A DNA stretch of 64,000 nucleotides from an uncultured Christensenellaceae bacterium (GTDB taxonomy: Bacteria > Bacillota > Clostridia > Christensenellales > Pumilibacteraceae). The notes beneath the pieces were generated by a model. The model did not search any database, was not told the origin of the DNA, and saw only the letters and a program-made list of their open reading frames with translations. Both the position numbers and the translations under genes were made by a program. This document shows positions 13,818 to 23,818 of the stretch, one piece after another. The stretch is from assembly GCA_910587455.1 (NCBI GenBank), contig CAJULK010000008.1, forward strand, positions 19,929-83,928, in the 5' to 3' direction. Position 1 is the first letter of the stretch. Each line of letters opens with the position of its first letter.

Positions 13818-14422
13818 TGGAAAAGGGACTGCTTATAGTTATCTCCGGCCCGTCGGGCGCCGGCAAAGGTACGATATATCGCAATATTATCGAACGCACG
13901 GACATCAAGCGTTCGGTTTCCGTAACTACGCGCAAACCGCGACCGGGCGAGATCGACGGCGTCGATTATTTTTTCAGATCCGAGGAAGAATATCAACAGA
14001 TGATAGCCGCGGGCGAGTTTTTGGAAACAGCGGAAGTTTACAAGAACTATTACGGCACGCCCAAAGCACCGGTATTCGAAAACCTTCGCAACGGCAACGA
14101 CGTTTTGTTCGAGGTGGACGTGCACGGCGCAAAGTCGATCAAGAAGAAATATCCCGAAGCTATCGAGATCTTCATAATGACGCCCGATTTCGATGTTTTG
14201 GAAAAGAGATTGCGCGGGCGCGGGACCGAAACCGAATCGAGTCTTAAAACGCGGCTCGGCTCGGCAAAGCGCGAACTTTCCAAGTACGAAATGTTCGATT
14301 ACATAGTGCTGAACGATGACGCGGAAGAAGCAACCGCTCGCGTTCTCGACATTATCACGGCAGAAAAGTGCCGAGTAAAGAACAATACCGATATCATACA
14401 AAAATTATTAAATCAGGCATAA
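13817..14422 (+). CDS. gmk: guanylate kinase
   Basis: GPSGAGKGT, TTRKPRPGEIDGVDY, YYGT. Confidence 0.97.
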   Translation: MEKGLLIVISGPSGAGKGTIYRNIIERTDIKRSVSVTTRKPRPGEIDGVDYFFRSEEEYQQMIAAGEFLETAEVYKNYYGTPKAPVFENLRNGNDVLFEVDVHGAKSIKKKYPEAIEIFIMTPDFDVLEKRLRGRGTETESSLKTRLGSAKRELSKYEMFDYIVLNDDAEEATARVLDIITAEKCRVKNNTDIIQKLLNQA

Positions 14423-14435
14423 AGAGGTGCAAAAC

Positions 14436-14633
14436 ATGTTAGTAGATCCGCCCATCGATAAACTCGTAGAAAAAGTAGGCAACAAATACGCGCTTGTGGG
14501 ACTTTTGTCCAAGCGTGCGCGCACTCTCATGGAAAAGCGCCATGATTATCTCGAGCATGAGAACATCGGCGCGGTTTCTCTCGCCGCCAAAGAAGTTGTA
14601 GACGGCAAGGTCGAGGGTGTGGAAGAAGGCTGA
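14436..14633 (+). CDS. rpoZ: RNA polymerase omega subunit
   Basis: PPIDKLVEKVGNKYALV..SKRAR; gmk-rpoZ-coaBC order. Confidence 0.92.
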   Translation: MLVDPPIDKLVEKVGNKYALVGLLSKRARTLMEKRHDYLEHENIGAVSLAAKEVVDGKVEGVEEG

Positions 14634-15819
14634 ACCGTTGAGTTTTTCGGGCAAGACAATTCTCGTTGCGGTAAGCGGCGGAATAGCGGCGTATAAGACG
14701 TGTTATCTTGTATCGAAACTCGTCAAGACGGGCGCGTCGGTTCATGTAACGATGACCCGAAATGCGACCGAGTTTGTATCTCCGCTGACATTCGAAACGC
14801 TTTCGCATAACCGTGTTACGGTCGATACGTTCGACCGTGATTTTACGTGGGAAGTCGAACACGTATCGCTTGCGAAAAAAGCCGATCTGTGTATTATCGC
14901 GCCCGCTACGGCAAATGTGATAGCCAAGATCGCATGCGGAATCGCCGATGATTTCGTTACGACAACCGTGCTTGCGTGCAAATGTCCGATAATTTTTGCG
15001 CCGGCCATGAATACCGCGATGTTCGAAAATGAGGCGACGCAAAAAAATATAGCAACGCTTGTCGGGCGCGGATTCGTACCCGTTTACGGAGAAAGCGGTT
15101 ATCTTGCTTGCGGCGACGTCGGATCGGGACGTATGGCTGAGCCCGATAAATTATACGCAGCCGCATGCGCCGTGTTCGGAATGTCCGAAGATCTTTCGGG
15201 TAAAACGGTGCTTATAACTTCGGGTGCCACTCGCGAACCGATTGATCCCGTTCGGTTTATTACAAATCGGTCGAGCGGAAAGATGGGGTATGCGCTCGCA
15301 ACGGCAGCTCATCGTCGCGGCGCGAAAGTGATTTATATCAAAGGATTTACGAATAAATTCGATATACCGACTACATTCGATGTCATCGATGTGCAGACTA
15401 CCGAAGATATGCTCGAAGCGGTTAAATCCAAAATCGGCGAAGCCGATTATATAATAATGGCTGCGGCGCCATGCGATTATAAGATGACGCCCGCGCAACA
15501 AAAGATCAAGAGCGCGAAACTTGATCTCGAGCTTGTGAAAGCACCCGATTGTGCAGCCTGGGCGGGAAACCACAAAGGTAGATCCAAGCTCGTGATATTT
15601 GCTGCCGAAACTGAAAACGGTTGCGATAACGCCTGTAAAAAACTCGTTGCAAAAAATGCGGACATGGCGGTTCTTAACGACGTCACGGCGGCGGGCGCAG
15701 GGTTTGACGTCGATACCGATATAGCAACTCTTATCACTTCGAACGGTGCGGAAAGTCTGCCGCTTATGCGAAAGAGCGAGCTTGCCGACATTGTCCTTGA
15801 CAGAATGTTATCGTTATGA
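14617..15819 (+). CDS. coaBC: phosphopantothenoylcysteine decarboxylase/ligase
   Basis: GGIAAYK, APATAN, PAMN, IDPVRFITNRSSGKMG. Confidence 0.96.
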   Translation: MWKKAEPLSFSGKTILVAVSGGIAAYKTCYLVSKLVKTGASVHVTMTRNATEFVSPLTFETLSHNRVTVDTFDRDFTWEVEHVSLAKKADLCIIAPATANVIAKIACGIADDFVTTTVLACKCPIIFAPAMNTAMFENEATQKNIATLVGRGFVPVYGESGYLACGDVGSGRMAEPDKLYAAACAVFGMSEDLSGKTVLITSGATREPIDPVRFITNRSSGKMGYALATAAHRRGAKVIYIKGFTNKFDIPTTFDVIDVQTTEDMLEAVKSKIGEADYIIMAAAPCDYKMTPAQQKIKSAKLDLELVKAPDCAAWAGNHKGRSKLVIFAAETENGCDNACKKLVAKNADMAVLNDVTAAGAGFDVDTDIATLITSNGAESLPLMRKSELADIVLDRMLSL

Positions 15820-18014
15820 TAGCGAGGATTATCGTTGACATTTCGGCGAGCGACGTTGACCGTGTTTTCGATTACCGCGCGATAGACGGCGTCGAACGCG
15901 GATCGCGCGTTTTTGTGCCGTTCGGACGGCAAAACGTCGAAGGATACGTGATCGAGCTTACCGATTCGACAGATGTTCCGCCCGAAAAATTGAAAGACGT
16001 AGTTTCGGTTCTCGACGACAGACCTGTAATTTCCGACGAATTTTTACGGCTTTGCGATTTTATGACGGAAAGATTCCGTCTGCGCAAAATAGACGTGTTC
16101 AGGCTTTTGCTGCCCGCTAAAATGCGCGGCGGAAGAATAAAGGCACTCGAAAAGAATATCGTATATATCAATCCGGAATATGCTGACGTCGATCCCGCGC
16201 TGTTTATAAAAAAGACCGCACATTCTCAACTCGAAATATTCGAATATGTGCGCGAAGCCGAAACCGCTGAGCAAAGTTTTCTCAATGCCGAATATTCGGC
16301 GGCTGCGGTAAGAAATCTGATTAACCGCGGAGTATTTCTCGTTCGTCGCGAAAACGTTTTGCGTACTCCGTATAAGAATATAGTGCAAAAAGATTGCGCC
16401 GTGACTTTGACCGACGAACAGTCTGCCGCGGTCGATACTATAATGTCATCCGACAAGCCGACATTGCTTTTCGGCGTAACGGGAAGCGGAAAGACAGAGG
16501 TGTATTTGCACTGCATAGAAAAGGTGCTTGCGGAAGGTAAGACGGCTATAATGCTCGTGCCCGAGATATCGCTTACGCCGCAGGTAATGCGTGTGTTCAG
16601 ATCGCGGTTCGGCGACGATGTGGCGCTTCTTCATTCGGGTTTGGGCGACGGCGAACGGTTTGACGAATGGCGACGGCTTTTGACGGGTGAAGCGCGAGTG
16701 GCAGTGGGCGCTCGTTCCGCTATATTCGCACCGCTCGGAAACGTCGGATTGATAGTGATCGACGAAGAGCACGATACTTCGTACATATCGGAATCGAATC
16801 CGAGATTTATTACGCGCGAGGTTGCGTTTTTTCGTGCTGATTATAACGGCGCCAAGGTCGTTATGGGTTCGGCTACACCGTCGATAGAAAGCTATTACAA
16901 TGCCGAGCAGGGCAATTATACGCTTTGCGGATTGCCAAACAGGGTCAATAAAAGGAAACTGCCCGATATAGATATCGTCAATATGTGCAGCGAAACGACG
17001 TACGGTAACTCGGGCATGTTTTCGGCTGCGCTCGTAAATGCGCTTGACGAATGCTTAAAGTCTGGAAATCAGGCAATACTGTTTCTTAACAGACGCGGCT
17101 ACAGTTCGTATGTTATGTGCAAGAAGTGCGGATATGTAGCCAAGTGCGACGATTGCGACGTTTCGCTCGTATATCATAAAGACGAAAATATTCTTAAATG
17201 CCATTACTGTCAGCGGCGTTACGCTATGCTCGACCTCTGTCCGAACTGTAAAAGTCCGCATATCAAGCAAGGCTTTATCGGCACCGAGCGTGTGGTCGAA
17301 CAGGTTAATAAGATGTTTCCGTCCGCGCGGGTCATTCGCATGGATAACGATACGACGCGTACAAAGGACGCGCATTTGAAACTTCTCGGCGATTTTTCCG
17401 AAGGTAATGCAGACATACTTGTCGGGACGCAAATGGTCGCCAAAGGGCATGATTTTGCGAACGTTACGCTTGTAGGCATAATCGACGCGGATATGAGTTT
17501 GCATTTTTCCGATTTTCGTGCCGTCGAGCGCACGTTTCAGCTTATTACGCAGGTCGCGGGGCGCGCGGGGCGCGAGAACAAACCTGGCAGAGTGATACTT
17601 CAAACTTACACGCCGGGGCATTACGTCTACCGATATGCGACGGCGTACGATTATGTCGGGTTTTACGGCAAGGAAATAAATCTTCTGCATGCTACCGGTT
17701 TTCCGCCGTTTACCGAGATATTGCGGCTTCTCGTTTCATGCGATAATGAGGACATGGCGCTCGAAGCAACTCGTTTCGCTACCGAAAAAATCAGAGAGAT
17801 ATCCGCGAAAAACCCCGATGACTTCGTATATCTCGGCGCTATGCGCTCGCCTAAAAAACGAATACAGTCCAAATACCGAATGCAGGTTTTGATGCGCATA
17901 CGTCCGAATAGAGACGCGGTGCGAAGAAGCGTGTATTCGGTTGCAAACGAACTGTCGGAAATGTTTCCGCAGGTCACGTGTTTTACAGAAATAAATCCAA
18001 ACGATTTGAGTTAG
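15816..18014 (+). CDS. priA: primosomal protein N'
   Basis: GVTGSGKTEVY, DEEH, four CxxC pairs, QVAGRAGR. Confidence 0.97.
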   Translation: MIARIIVDISASDVDRVFDYRAIDGVERGSRVFVPFGRQNVEGYVIELTDSTDVPPEKLKDVVSVLDDRPVISDEFLRLCDFMTERFRLRKIDVFRLLLPAKMRGGRIKALEKNIVYINPEYADVDPALFIKKTAHSQLEIFEYVREAETAEQSFLNAEYSAAAVRNLINRGVFLVRRENVLRTPYKNIVQKDCAVTLTDEQSAAVDTIMSSDKPTLLFGVTGSGKTEVYLHCIEKVLAEGKTAIMLVPEISLTPQVMRVFRSRFGDDVALLHSGLGDGERFDEWRRLLTGEARVAVGARSAIFAPLGNVGLIVIDEEHDTSYISESNPRFITREVAFFRADYNGAKVVMGSATPSIESYYNAEQGNYTLCGLPNRVNKRKLPDIDIVNMCSETTYGNSGMFSAALVNALDECLKSGNQAILFLNRRGYSSYVMCKKCGYVAKCDDCDVSLVYHKDENILKCHYCQRRYAMLDLCPNCKSPHIKQGFIGTERVVEQVNKMFPSARVIRMDNDTTRTKDAHLKLLGDFSEGNADILVGTQMVAKGHDFANVTLVGIIDADMSLHFSDFRAVERTFQLITQVAGRAGRENKPGRVILQTYTPGHYVYRYATAYDYVGFYGKEINLLHATGFPPFTEILRLLVSCDNEDMALEATRFATEKIREISAKNPDDFVYLGAMRSPKKRIQSKYRMQVLMRIRPNRDAVRRSVYSVANELSEMFPQVTCFTEINPNDLS

Positions 18015-18024
18015 AGGTGGTTTT

Positions 18025-18474
18025 ATGGCAATACGTCAAATCTACAAGGTCGGCGACGACGTGCTTCGCATGGTAAGCAAGCCCGTGACCGAATTCGACG
18101 ACAAACTGTCCGAACTTATGGACGACATGATAGATACGCTTATTTATGCGGACGGCGCGGGGCTTGCCGCGCCGCAAGTAGGTGTTTCGAAGCGAATATT
18201 CGTTGCGACGTTCGACGGCGGAAACACTATAATAGAAGCGGTCAACCCCGTAATAGTAAAGACAAAGGGCAAGCGAGTAGCGCCGGAGGGCTGTCTGTCC
18301 ATACCAAAGATCAGCGAGAAAGTGGAGCGCCCTCGTCAGGTCGTAGTTCATGCGTTCGACAGGCACGGCAATCCTATAGAGTTACGCGCGAGCGGCTTTA
18401 ATGCGGCGTGTTTCTGCCACGAGATAGATCATCTCGACGGTATCCTTTTTACCGATAAGTCCGTGAGGAAATAA
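18025..18474 (+). CDS. def: peptide deformylase
   Basis: GLAAPQ, EGCLS, HEIDHLDG. Confidence 0.97.
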   Translation: MAIRQIYKVGDDVLRMVSKPVTEFDDKLSELMDDMIDTLIYADGAGLAAPQVGVSKRIFVATFDGGNTIIEAVNPVIVKTKGKRVAPEGCLSIPKISEKVERPRQVVVHAFDRHGNPIELRASGFNAACFCHEIDHLDGILFTDKSVRK

Positions 18475-18478
18475 GCGC

Positions 18479-19396
18479 ATGAAAGTTCTTTTTATGGGTA
18501 CGCCCGAATTTGCCGTTGCGAGCTTGTCGGCGCTTATTCGTTCACGGCATAAAGTCGTCGGCGTAGTGACGCAGCCTGACAGAGCGGTCAAGCACGGTAA
18601 GTACGAGACGGGCGCTGTGAAAAAATTTGCTCTCGAAAACGGTTTGTCTGTTTTTCAACCCGTCAAGATACGCGACGCCGTCGAGACTCTGAAAGGATAC
18701 GGTGCGGATATAGCCGTGACTGCCGCGTACGGGCAGTTGCTTACTTCGGATGTGCTTAACGCTTTCCCTAACGGTGTGATCAACGTGCATGCTTCGTTGC
18801 TTCCGAAATACCGCGGTGCGTCGCCGATAGCGTCGGCTATACTCTGCGGCGAGCGCGAAACGGGCGTTACTATAATGCGCACGGAATTGGGCTTGGATAC
18901 GGGCGATATTCTGTCCGTGGCAAAGACGGCTATATGTGCGTCCGAAACGGCGGGCGAGCTTACGGCGCGGCTTTCGGAAATAGGTGCGAAACTTTTGGTC
19001 GATACGCTCGACGATTTCGATAATATTGTTCCGATACCGCAGGACGGGGCGCTTGCCACTCATTGCAGGACCATAAAAAAAGACGAGCAATTTATAGATT
19101 TTACGCGCACTTCGACCGAAGTTGTCAATATGATACGCGCGTATTCGCCGTTGCCTTGCGCCAAAACGGACATAAACGGCGAAGTATATAAAATATACGC
19201 TGCCGAAGAAACCGACGGGACAAGTGCGAAAGCGGGCGAAATTTTGCGTTCTGACAGTGCGCTCGTCATAGCTTGCGGCACAGGGGCCATAAAAGTTTCG
19301 AAGATACAGGCACCGTCTAAGCGCGCTCTCGATGCGAGCGAATTTTTGCGCGGAAGAAAATTCGAAACAGGGGTGATCTGTGGAAAACCGCAGTAA
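18479..19396 (+). CDS. fmt: methionyl-tRNA formyltransferase
   Basis: FMGTPEFA, INVHASLLPKYRGASPI. Confidence 0.97.
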   Translation: MKVLFMGTPEFAVASLSALIRSRHKVVGVVTQPDRAVKHGKYETGAVKKFALENGLSVFQPVKIRDAVETLKGYGADIAVTAAYGQLLTSDVLNAFPNGVINVHASLLPKYRGASPIASAILCGERETGVTIMRTELGLDTGDILSVAKTAICASETAGELTARLSEIGAKLLVDTLDDFDNIVPIPQDGALATHCRTIKKDEQFIDFTRTSTEVVNMIRAYSPLPCAKTDINGEVYKIYAAEETDGTSAKAGEILRSDSALVIACGTGAIKVSKIQAPSKRALDASEFLRGRKFETGVICGKPQ

Positions 19397-20648
19397 CGAC
19401 AAAGCAGCTGCAGGCGCGGCAAATGCGGCTGCGCAGGTTGACAGAGCTGTATATACGGCGCTTGCCGACGTGTTGATAGACGGCGCATTCTGTGCAAGAG
19501 CCGTTACAAAAGCATTGGCTATGCTCAAGGACGGAAGATCGCACCCGTTTGTCACGAGTGCGTTTTACGGGGTGCTCGACAATAATGTCAGGCTCGAAAA
19601 AGCTATATCGTGTTTATGCGAAAAAGCTCCGGATAAAAAGTCTGCCGTCGTACTTAAAATAGGAATATATTACTGCAATTACGCCGATATGCCTCATTAT
19701 GCGGCGGTAAACCGAATAGTCGATCTTGCGAAAAAAGTCGGGGTTTTCAGCGGATTCGTCAATGCCGTTCTTAAAAAGTCGATAGGCTTCGAGCCGACGT
19801 TTGCGTCCGAGTTGGAGAGATTTTCGTATTTGCACAATGCTCCCGAATGGTTGTGTAAAATGCTCGTTTCAGATTACGGCGAAGTTCGCGCGGCGGCATT
19901 GCTCGACGCAAAGATACCTGATAAAACGCATGTACGTCCGATAGCGGGGCGCAGCGACATCGAATATTTCAAACGCAAGTTGGGCAATGCCGAATCTTCC
20001 GAGTGCGGATGCTATTGTGACAAACGCGATCTCGAAAGACTCGACAAGAGCGAATATGCCGTACAGTCGCTGTCGTCTATGCGCGCGGTAAATGCGTACA
20101 TAAAAGGTCTAAGCGGCGGCGACGTACTCGATCTTTGTGCGGCGCCGGGCGGAAAATCAATATTTTTGAGCGAAGCCGGCAATTTTAAGGTGACGGCATG
20201 CGATATTTATCCGCACAAGCTCGAACTCATGCGCGGCTATGCCAAAAAGTTGGGCGCTCGAATCAAAATAGAACTCAACGACGCTACGGTGCGCAACGAA
20301 AAGTTTGTTAATTCGTTTGACGTAGTTGTCGCCGATTGTCCGTGCAGCGGCACGGGTACGCTCAAATCCAAACCCGATATACTTATAAAACGAAAGCCGT
20401 CGGACATTGCGGGGCTTTGCGAATTGCAAAGCAAGATATTAAACGTCGCAAGCGAATATTGCCGCGTAGGCGGAGTCTTGTGTTATTCAACATGTTCGGT
20501 ATTGTGTTGCGAGAACGAAAAGATACGCGATAAATTTTTGCAAGAGCATGGCGGATTCGAGGCGTTGGACACGGTAAAACTTTTGCCCGATGCCGATAAG
20601 TGCGACGGATTTTTTATCACGCGATTCAAAAAGGTAGGCAAATCGTGA
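19380..20648 (+). CDS. rsmB: 16S rRNA m5C967 methyltransferase
   Basis: NusB-like N-terminus, DLCAAPGGK, DCPCSGTG, YSTCS. Confidence 0.92.
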   Translation: MENRSNDKAAAGAANAAAQVDRAVYTALADVLIDGAFCARAVTKALAMLKDGRSHPFVTSAFYGVLDNNVRLEKAISCLCEKAPDKKSAVVLKIGIYYCNYADMPHYAAVNRIVDLAKKVGVFSGFVNAVLKKSIGFEPTFASELERFSYLHNAPEWLCKMLVSDYGEVRAAALLDAKIPDKTHVRPIAGRSDIEYFKRKLGNAESSECGCYCDKRDLERLDKSEYAVQSLSSMRAVNAYIKGLSGGDVLDLCAAPGGKSIFLSEAGNFKVTACDIYPHKLELMRGYAKKLGARIKIELNDATVRNEKFVNSFDVVVADCPCSGTGTLKSKPDILIKRKPSDIAGLCELQSKILNVASEYCRVGGVLCYSTCSVLCCENEKIRDKFLQEHGGFEALDTVKLLPDADKCDGFFITRFKKVGKS

Positions 20649-21691
20649 TGCAACTTTTGTGCGATTTATCCGAATCGGAGCTTGCCGATGTGATTTCGGC
20701 ACTCGGCGAGCCGAAATATCGCGTAAAGCAGATTATGCGTCATATAGTCGCATACGATTCATTTGCCGAGTATACGGATATTCCGAAGCGCATCGTCGCT
20801 GCTCTGTCCGAAAAATATATCGACGTCGCGCTGAAAGAAAAAACACGCGTTACGGCATCGGACGGAGCGATACGGTATCTTTTCGAAACATTTGACGGCG
20901 ATCTTGTAGAATCGGTATTTTTGCCACACGATTACGGTAACAGCGTGTGCGTGTCGTGTCAAGTTGGATGCGCAATGGGCTGCGTGTTTTGCGCTTCCGG
21001 ACACTACGGACTGAAGCGCAATCTTTCCGCAGGCGAAATACTTTCGCAAGTGCTGTTTATCGCGCGCGACAGAAAGCCAGACGGAGTGCAAAAAATAGTC
21101 ATGATGGGGAGCGGATCTCCGCTTGCCAATTACGAAAACACGCTAAAATTCATTAAATCGGTCAATTCGCCTAACGGTCTAAACATAGGTATGAGGTCGA
21201 TTTCCGTTTCGACGTGCGGTTTGCCGCGGCGAATGGAGAGTCTTGCCGCTGACGGTTTTTCGGGAACTTTGTCGCTGTCGCTTCATGCCGCCACCGATGA
21301 AAAGCGTAAAAAAATAATGCGAGTCGCGGAAAACTATACCGTTAAAGAGTGTGTAGCTGCGCTTAAAAAATATTTCGAAGCCACGGGACGGCGCGTCATC
21401 GTCGAGTATATACTTATCGACGGTTTCAACATGAGTGACGAGGACGCCGCCGAGCTGAAAAAACTTCTCGGCGGGTTGTGTTGCCATATAAATCTTATTC
21501 CGCTGAATCCAACAGATAGCTGCGATCTCAAACCGTGTTCCAAAAAACGCGCGTACGAATTCGAAGCGCGGCTTAAAAAACTCGGGCTTTCGGCGTCGGT
21601 CAGGCGCTCGATGGGGTCGGACGTTGCCGGGGCGTGCGGTCAGCTCAAAAACAGAACGGCGGAAGCCGAGCAAAAATTAAGATCGGATTAA
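20648..21691 (+). CDS. rlmN: 23S rRNA m2A2503 radical-SAM methyltransferase
   Basis: CVSCQVGCAMGCVFCASG, SLHA, ACGQL. Confidence 0.93.
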   Translation: MQLLCDLSESELADVISALGEPKYRVKQIMRHIVAYDSFAEYTDIPKRIVAALSEKYIDVALKEKTRVTASDGAIRYLFETFDGDLVESVFLPHDYGNSVCVSCQVGCAMGCVFCASGHYGLKRNLSAGEILSQVLFIARDRKPDGVQKIVMMGSGSPLANYENTLKFIKSVNSPNGLNIGMRSISVSTCGLPRRMESLAADGFSGTLSLSLHAATDEKRKKIMRVAENYTVKECVAALKKYFEATGRRVIVEYILIDGFNMSDEDAAELKKLLGGLCCHINLIPLNPTDSCDLKPCSKKRAYEFEARLKKLGLSASVRRSMGSDVAGACGQLKNRTAEAEQKLRSD

Positions 21692-21777
21692 AAATTGCGG
21701 AGCGTTGCGGCAAGTTATTGACAATGATATAATTTTGTGATATATTCATCATATAATCAAAAGGGGAGTTTATATAT

Positions 21778-22833
21778 ATGGGAAAAACGCAGATCATCAA
21801 ATTCGAACAGAATGTCAACAACATCGCAATAGACAATACTGACGTTTTGTTTGTAAGAGTCAAGGACGTTGTATTCGACGCGGACGCGCGTTTCGAAGTG
21901 CCGTATTCGCACTACGCGTTCATGATAAAAGGCGGCGGTAGCGGAAGGCTTTATCCGAGCGGGACTTATCCTGTTTTCGACGACAAAAAAGAAATGAAAC
22001 AATGGAAGAAAGAGGGGTTCGGCGTCGAAATAGTATACATGCCGCGCGATACGAATATTCTCATAAAGTGGGGTACGCCCGAGCGCATTACATACAGAGA
22101 CAAACGTACAAACAGGGTCGTTTCCGTCGGAGCGCGCGGACAGTTCGGAATCACAATATCCAACTACGAGCAATTTTTCCGCAAGGTCGTAGGTGCGAGA
22201 AACGAGTTTAATCTCAATGATTTTCAGCAGCAGTTTACTGCGGAAGTTGCGAATAATTTTGCAGACTGTTTTTTGCGCGTAGTAGACGAAGCGAATCTTT
22301 CTTACGACATGTTTGATGCCAATCGTAAGGCAATAGGCGATAAGATCGGGGAAATTTTGAGCGAGGAGTTCAACAGATCTTGGGGAATAACGTTGCGCAA
22401 GTTTATAATCGTCGGGGTCGGTATTACTTCCGATTCCGCAGATCAGGTCGAAAACGTGCTGCGCGAGGACGAGCGTAAAAAGAAACTCGAAGAAGACAGA
22501 GCCGAGCTGGACCGCGAAAAGGCCGAGCGCGAGCGGCTTGACGATAAGCGTTGGGAACGCGAAAAGTTCCTTAAACAGCTCGAAGTGCAGGATAAAGCCA
22601 ATTATTATGACGCGCTTAAATATATGGGCGGCGACGCATCGGGATCTAAGAGCCCGCCGAAAACGCCCGATACACATTGTCCTAAGTGCGGATCCGAACA
22701 TTCGCCGTCCGACAAATTCTGTCCTAAATGCGGAGAGAGCCTGTCTTCGGCGCCGCGCTTCTGCCCGAACTGCGGCAAGTCTAACGACAGCGGGTCGTCG
22801 TTCTGCTCGGGTTGCGGCAAAAAATTAATATAG
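21778..22833 (+). CDS. SPFH-like domain protein with coiled coil and C-terminal double zinc ribbon
   Basis: KWGTP...V.VGARGQFGI segment; four C-terminal CxxCG motifs. Confidence 0.75.
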   Translation: MGKTQIIKFEQNVNNIAIDNTDVLFVRVKDVVFDADARFEVPYSHYAFMIKGGGSGRLYPSGTYPVFDDKKEMKQWKKEGFGVEIVYMPRDTNILIKWGTPERITYRDKRTNRVVSVGARGQFGITISNYEQFFRKVVGARNEFNLNDFQQQFTAEVANNFADCFLRVVDEANLSYDMFDANRKAIGDKIGEILSEEFNRSWGITLRKFIIVGVGITSDSADQVENVLREDERKKKLEEDRAELDREKAERERLDDKRWEREKFLKQLEVQDKANYYDALKYMGGDASGSKSPPKTPDTHCPKCGSEHSPSDKFCPKCGESLSSAPRFCPNCGKSNDSGSSFCSGCGKKLI

Positions 22834-22846
22834 GGGGCTTAATATA

Positions 22847-23188
22847 ATGGGATTTTGCTTCGGGAGAAGATCGGACAGAGTGTCCGAGCGCATAAAAGAA
22901 GATCAGGCAACAATAGATTATAACTGCCGATCGACCGATGTGCTTATAGCGCAGGCGAGCAGTAATAAAGATCTCGTCGCTCGGCTCGAAGAGATGAAGG
23001 AAGTACTTAAGTATCTTACCGCTTCCGATCTCGACAGGGTTTTCGAGTGCGATAAAAAGATAGGCAACCGTATCGGCGATCTTAAGATCGCACTTACCAA
23101 ATCATCGGGCGAGCCGTCGCAAAAGATAGACGATATAATCTCGGACATCGGTGTTGCGGTAGCGGAGCGCAATGCATTTATCGGTTGA
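22847..23188 (+). CDS. hypothetical helical protein
   Basis: ORF 13 nt after the SPFH gene with a G-rich SD. Confidence 0.7.
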   Translation: MGFCFGRRSDRVSERIKEDQATIDYNCRSTDVLIAQASSNKDLVARLEEMKEVLKYLTASDLDRVFECDKKIGNRIGDLKIALTKSSGEPSQKIDDIISDIGVAVAERNAFIG

Positions 23189-23372
23189 CAAAGTTTATAG
23201 ATTACCTTGTAATAAACTGTAAAAATTACGAAAAAGTATGTCAAAACGCGCTAAAATCACTTGCATAAATCAAACGCGTGTGATATAATAACTTGGTAAT
23301 TTTGTGATTTGCTTTCGCTATTACGTTTTATAAGCGTGTGCGGAGGCTTTTCAGAGAAGTTTTGGAGGCATC

Positions 23373-23714
23373 ATGAGCAATATCATTGCGGAAATCGAAA
23401 AAGAATATATGAAGTCGGACGTTCCCGAATTTGACGTAGGCGACACGGTCCGAGTATCCGTAAAAGTCAAAGAAGGCAACCGTGAGCGCGTTCAGGCTTT
23501 CGAGGGTATAGTAATAGCCAAGAAGAACGGCTCCGTTCGCGAGTCTTTCACCGTTCGCAGAGTTTCGTTCGGTATCGGTATCGAGCGCACATTCCCGCTC
23601 CATTCGCCGCGTCTTACTTCGATCGAAGTTATCAAACACGGTAAGGTTCGTCGTGCAAAACTCTACTATTTGCGCAATCTTTCCGGCAAAGCCGCCAAGA
23701 TCAAAGAGAAATAA
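23373..23714 (+). CDS. rplS: 50S ribosomal protein L19
   Basis: [30 protein letters not shown]. Confidence 0.99.
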   Translation: MSNIIAEIEKEYMKSDVPEFDVGDTVRVSVKVKEGNRERVQAFEGIVIAKKNGSVRESFTVRRVSFGIGIERTFPLHSPRLTSIEVIKHGKVRRAKLYYLRNLSGKAAKIKEK

Positions 23715-23736
23715 TATCAAAAACAATATGATTTTT

Positions 23737-23764
23737 ATCGGCGTGTATTGCGCCGATTTTTTTT
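23737..23764 (+). terminator. intrinsic terminator after rplS
   Basis: ATCGGCG/CGCCGAT stem followed by a T-run. Confidence 0.8.
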
Positions 23765-23818
23765 GCTTTGATTTTTCAACGCGTGTATGTTTTTGCGAAT
23801 CGGTCAATAATCGTGTGA

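Noticed and set aside
13800..13830. remA (DUF370) missing between yloC and gmk
   Set aside because: A simple gene-order difference with no scar; yloC and gmk overlap cleanly at TAATG.
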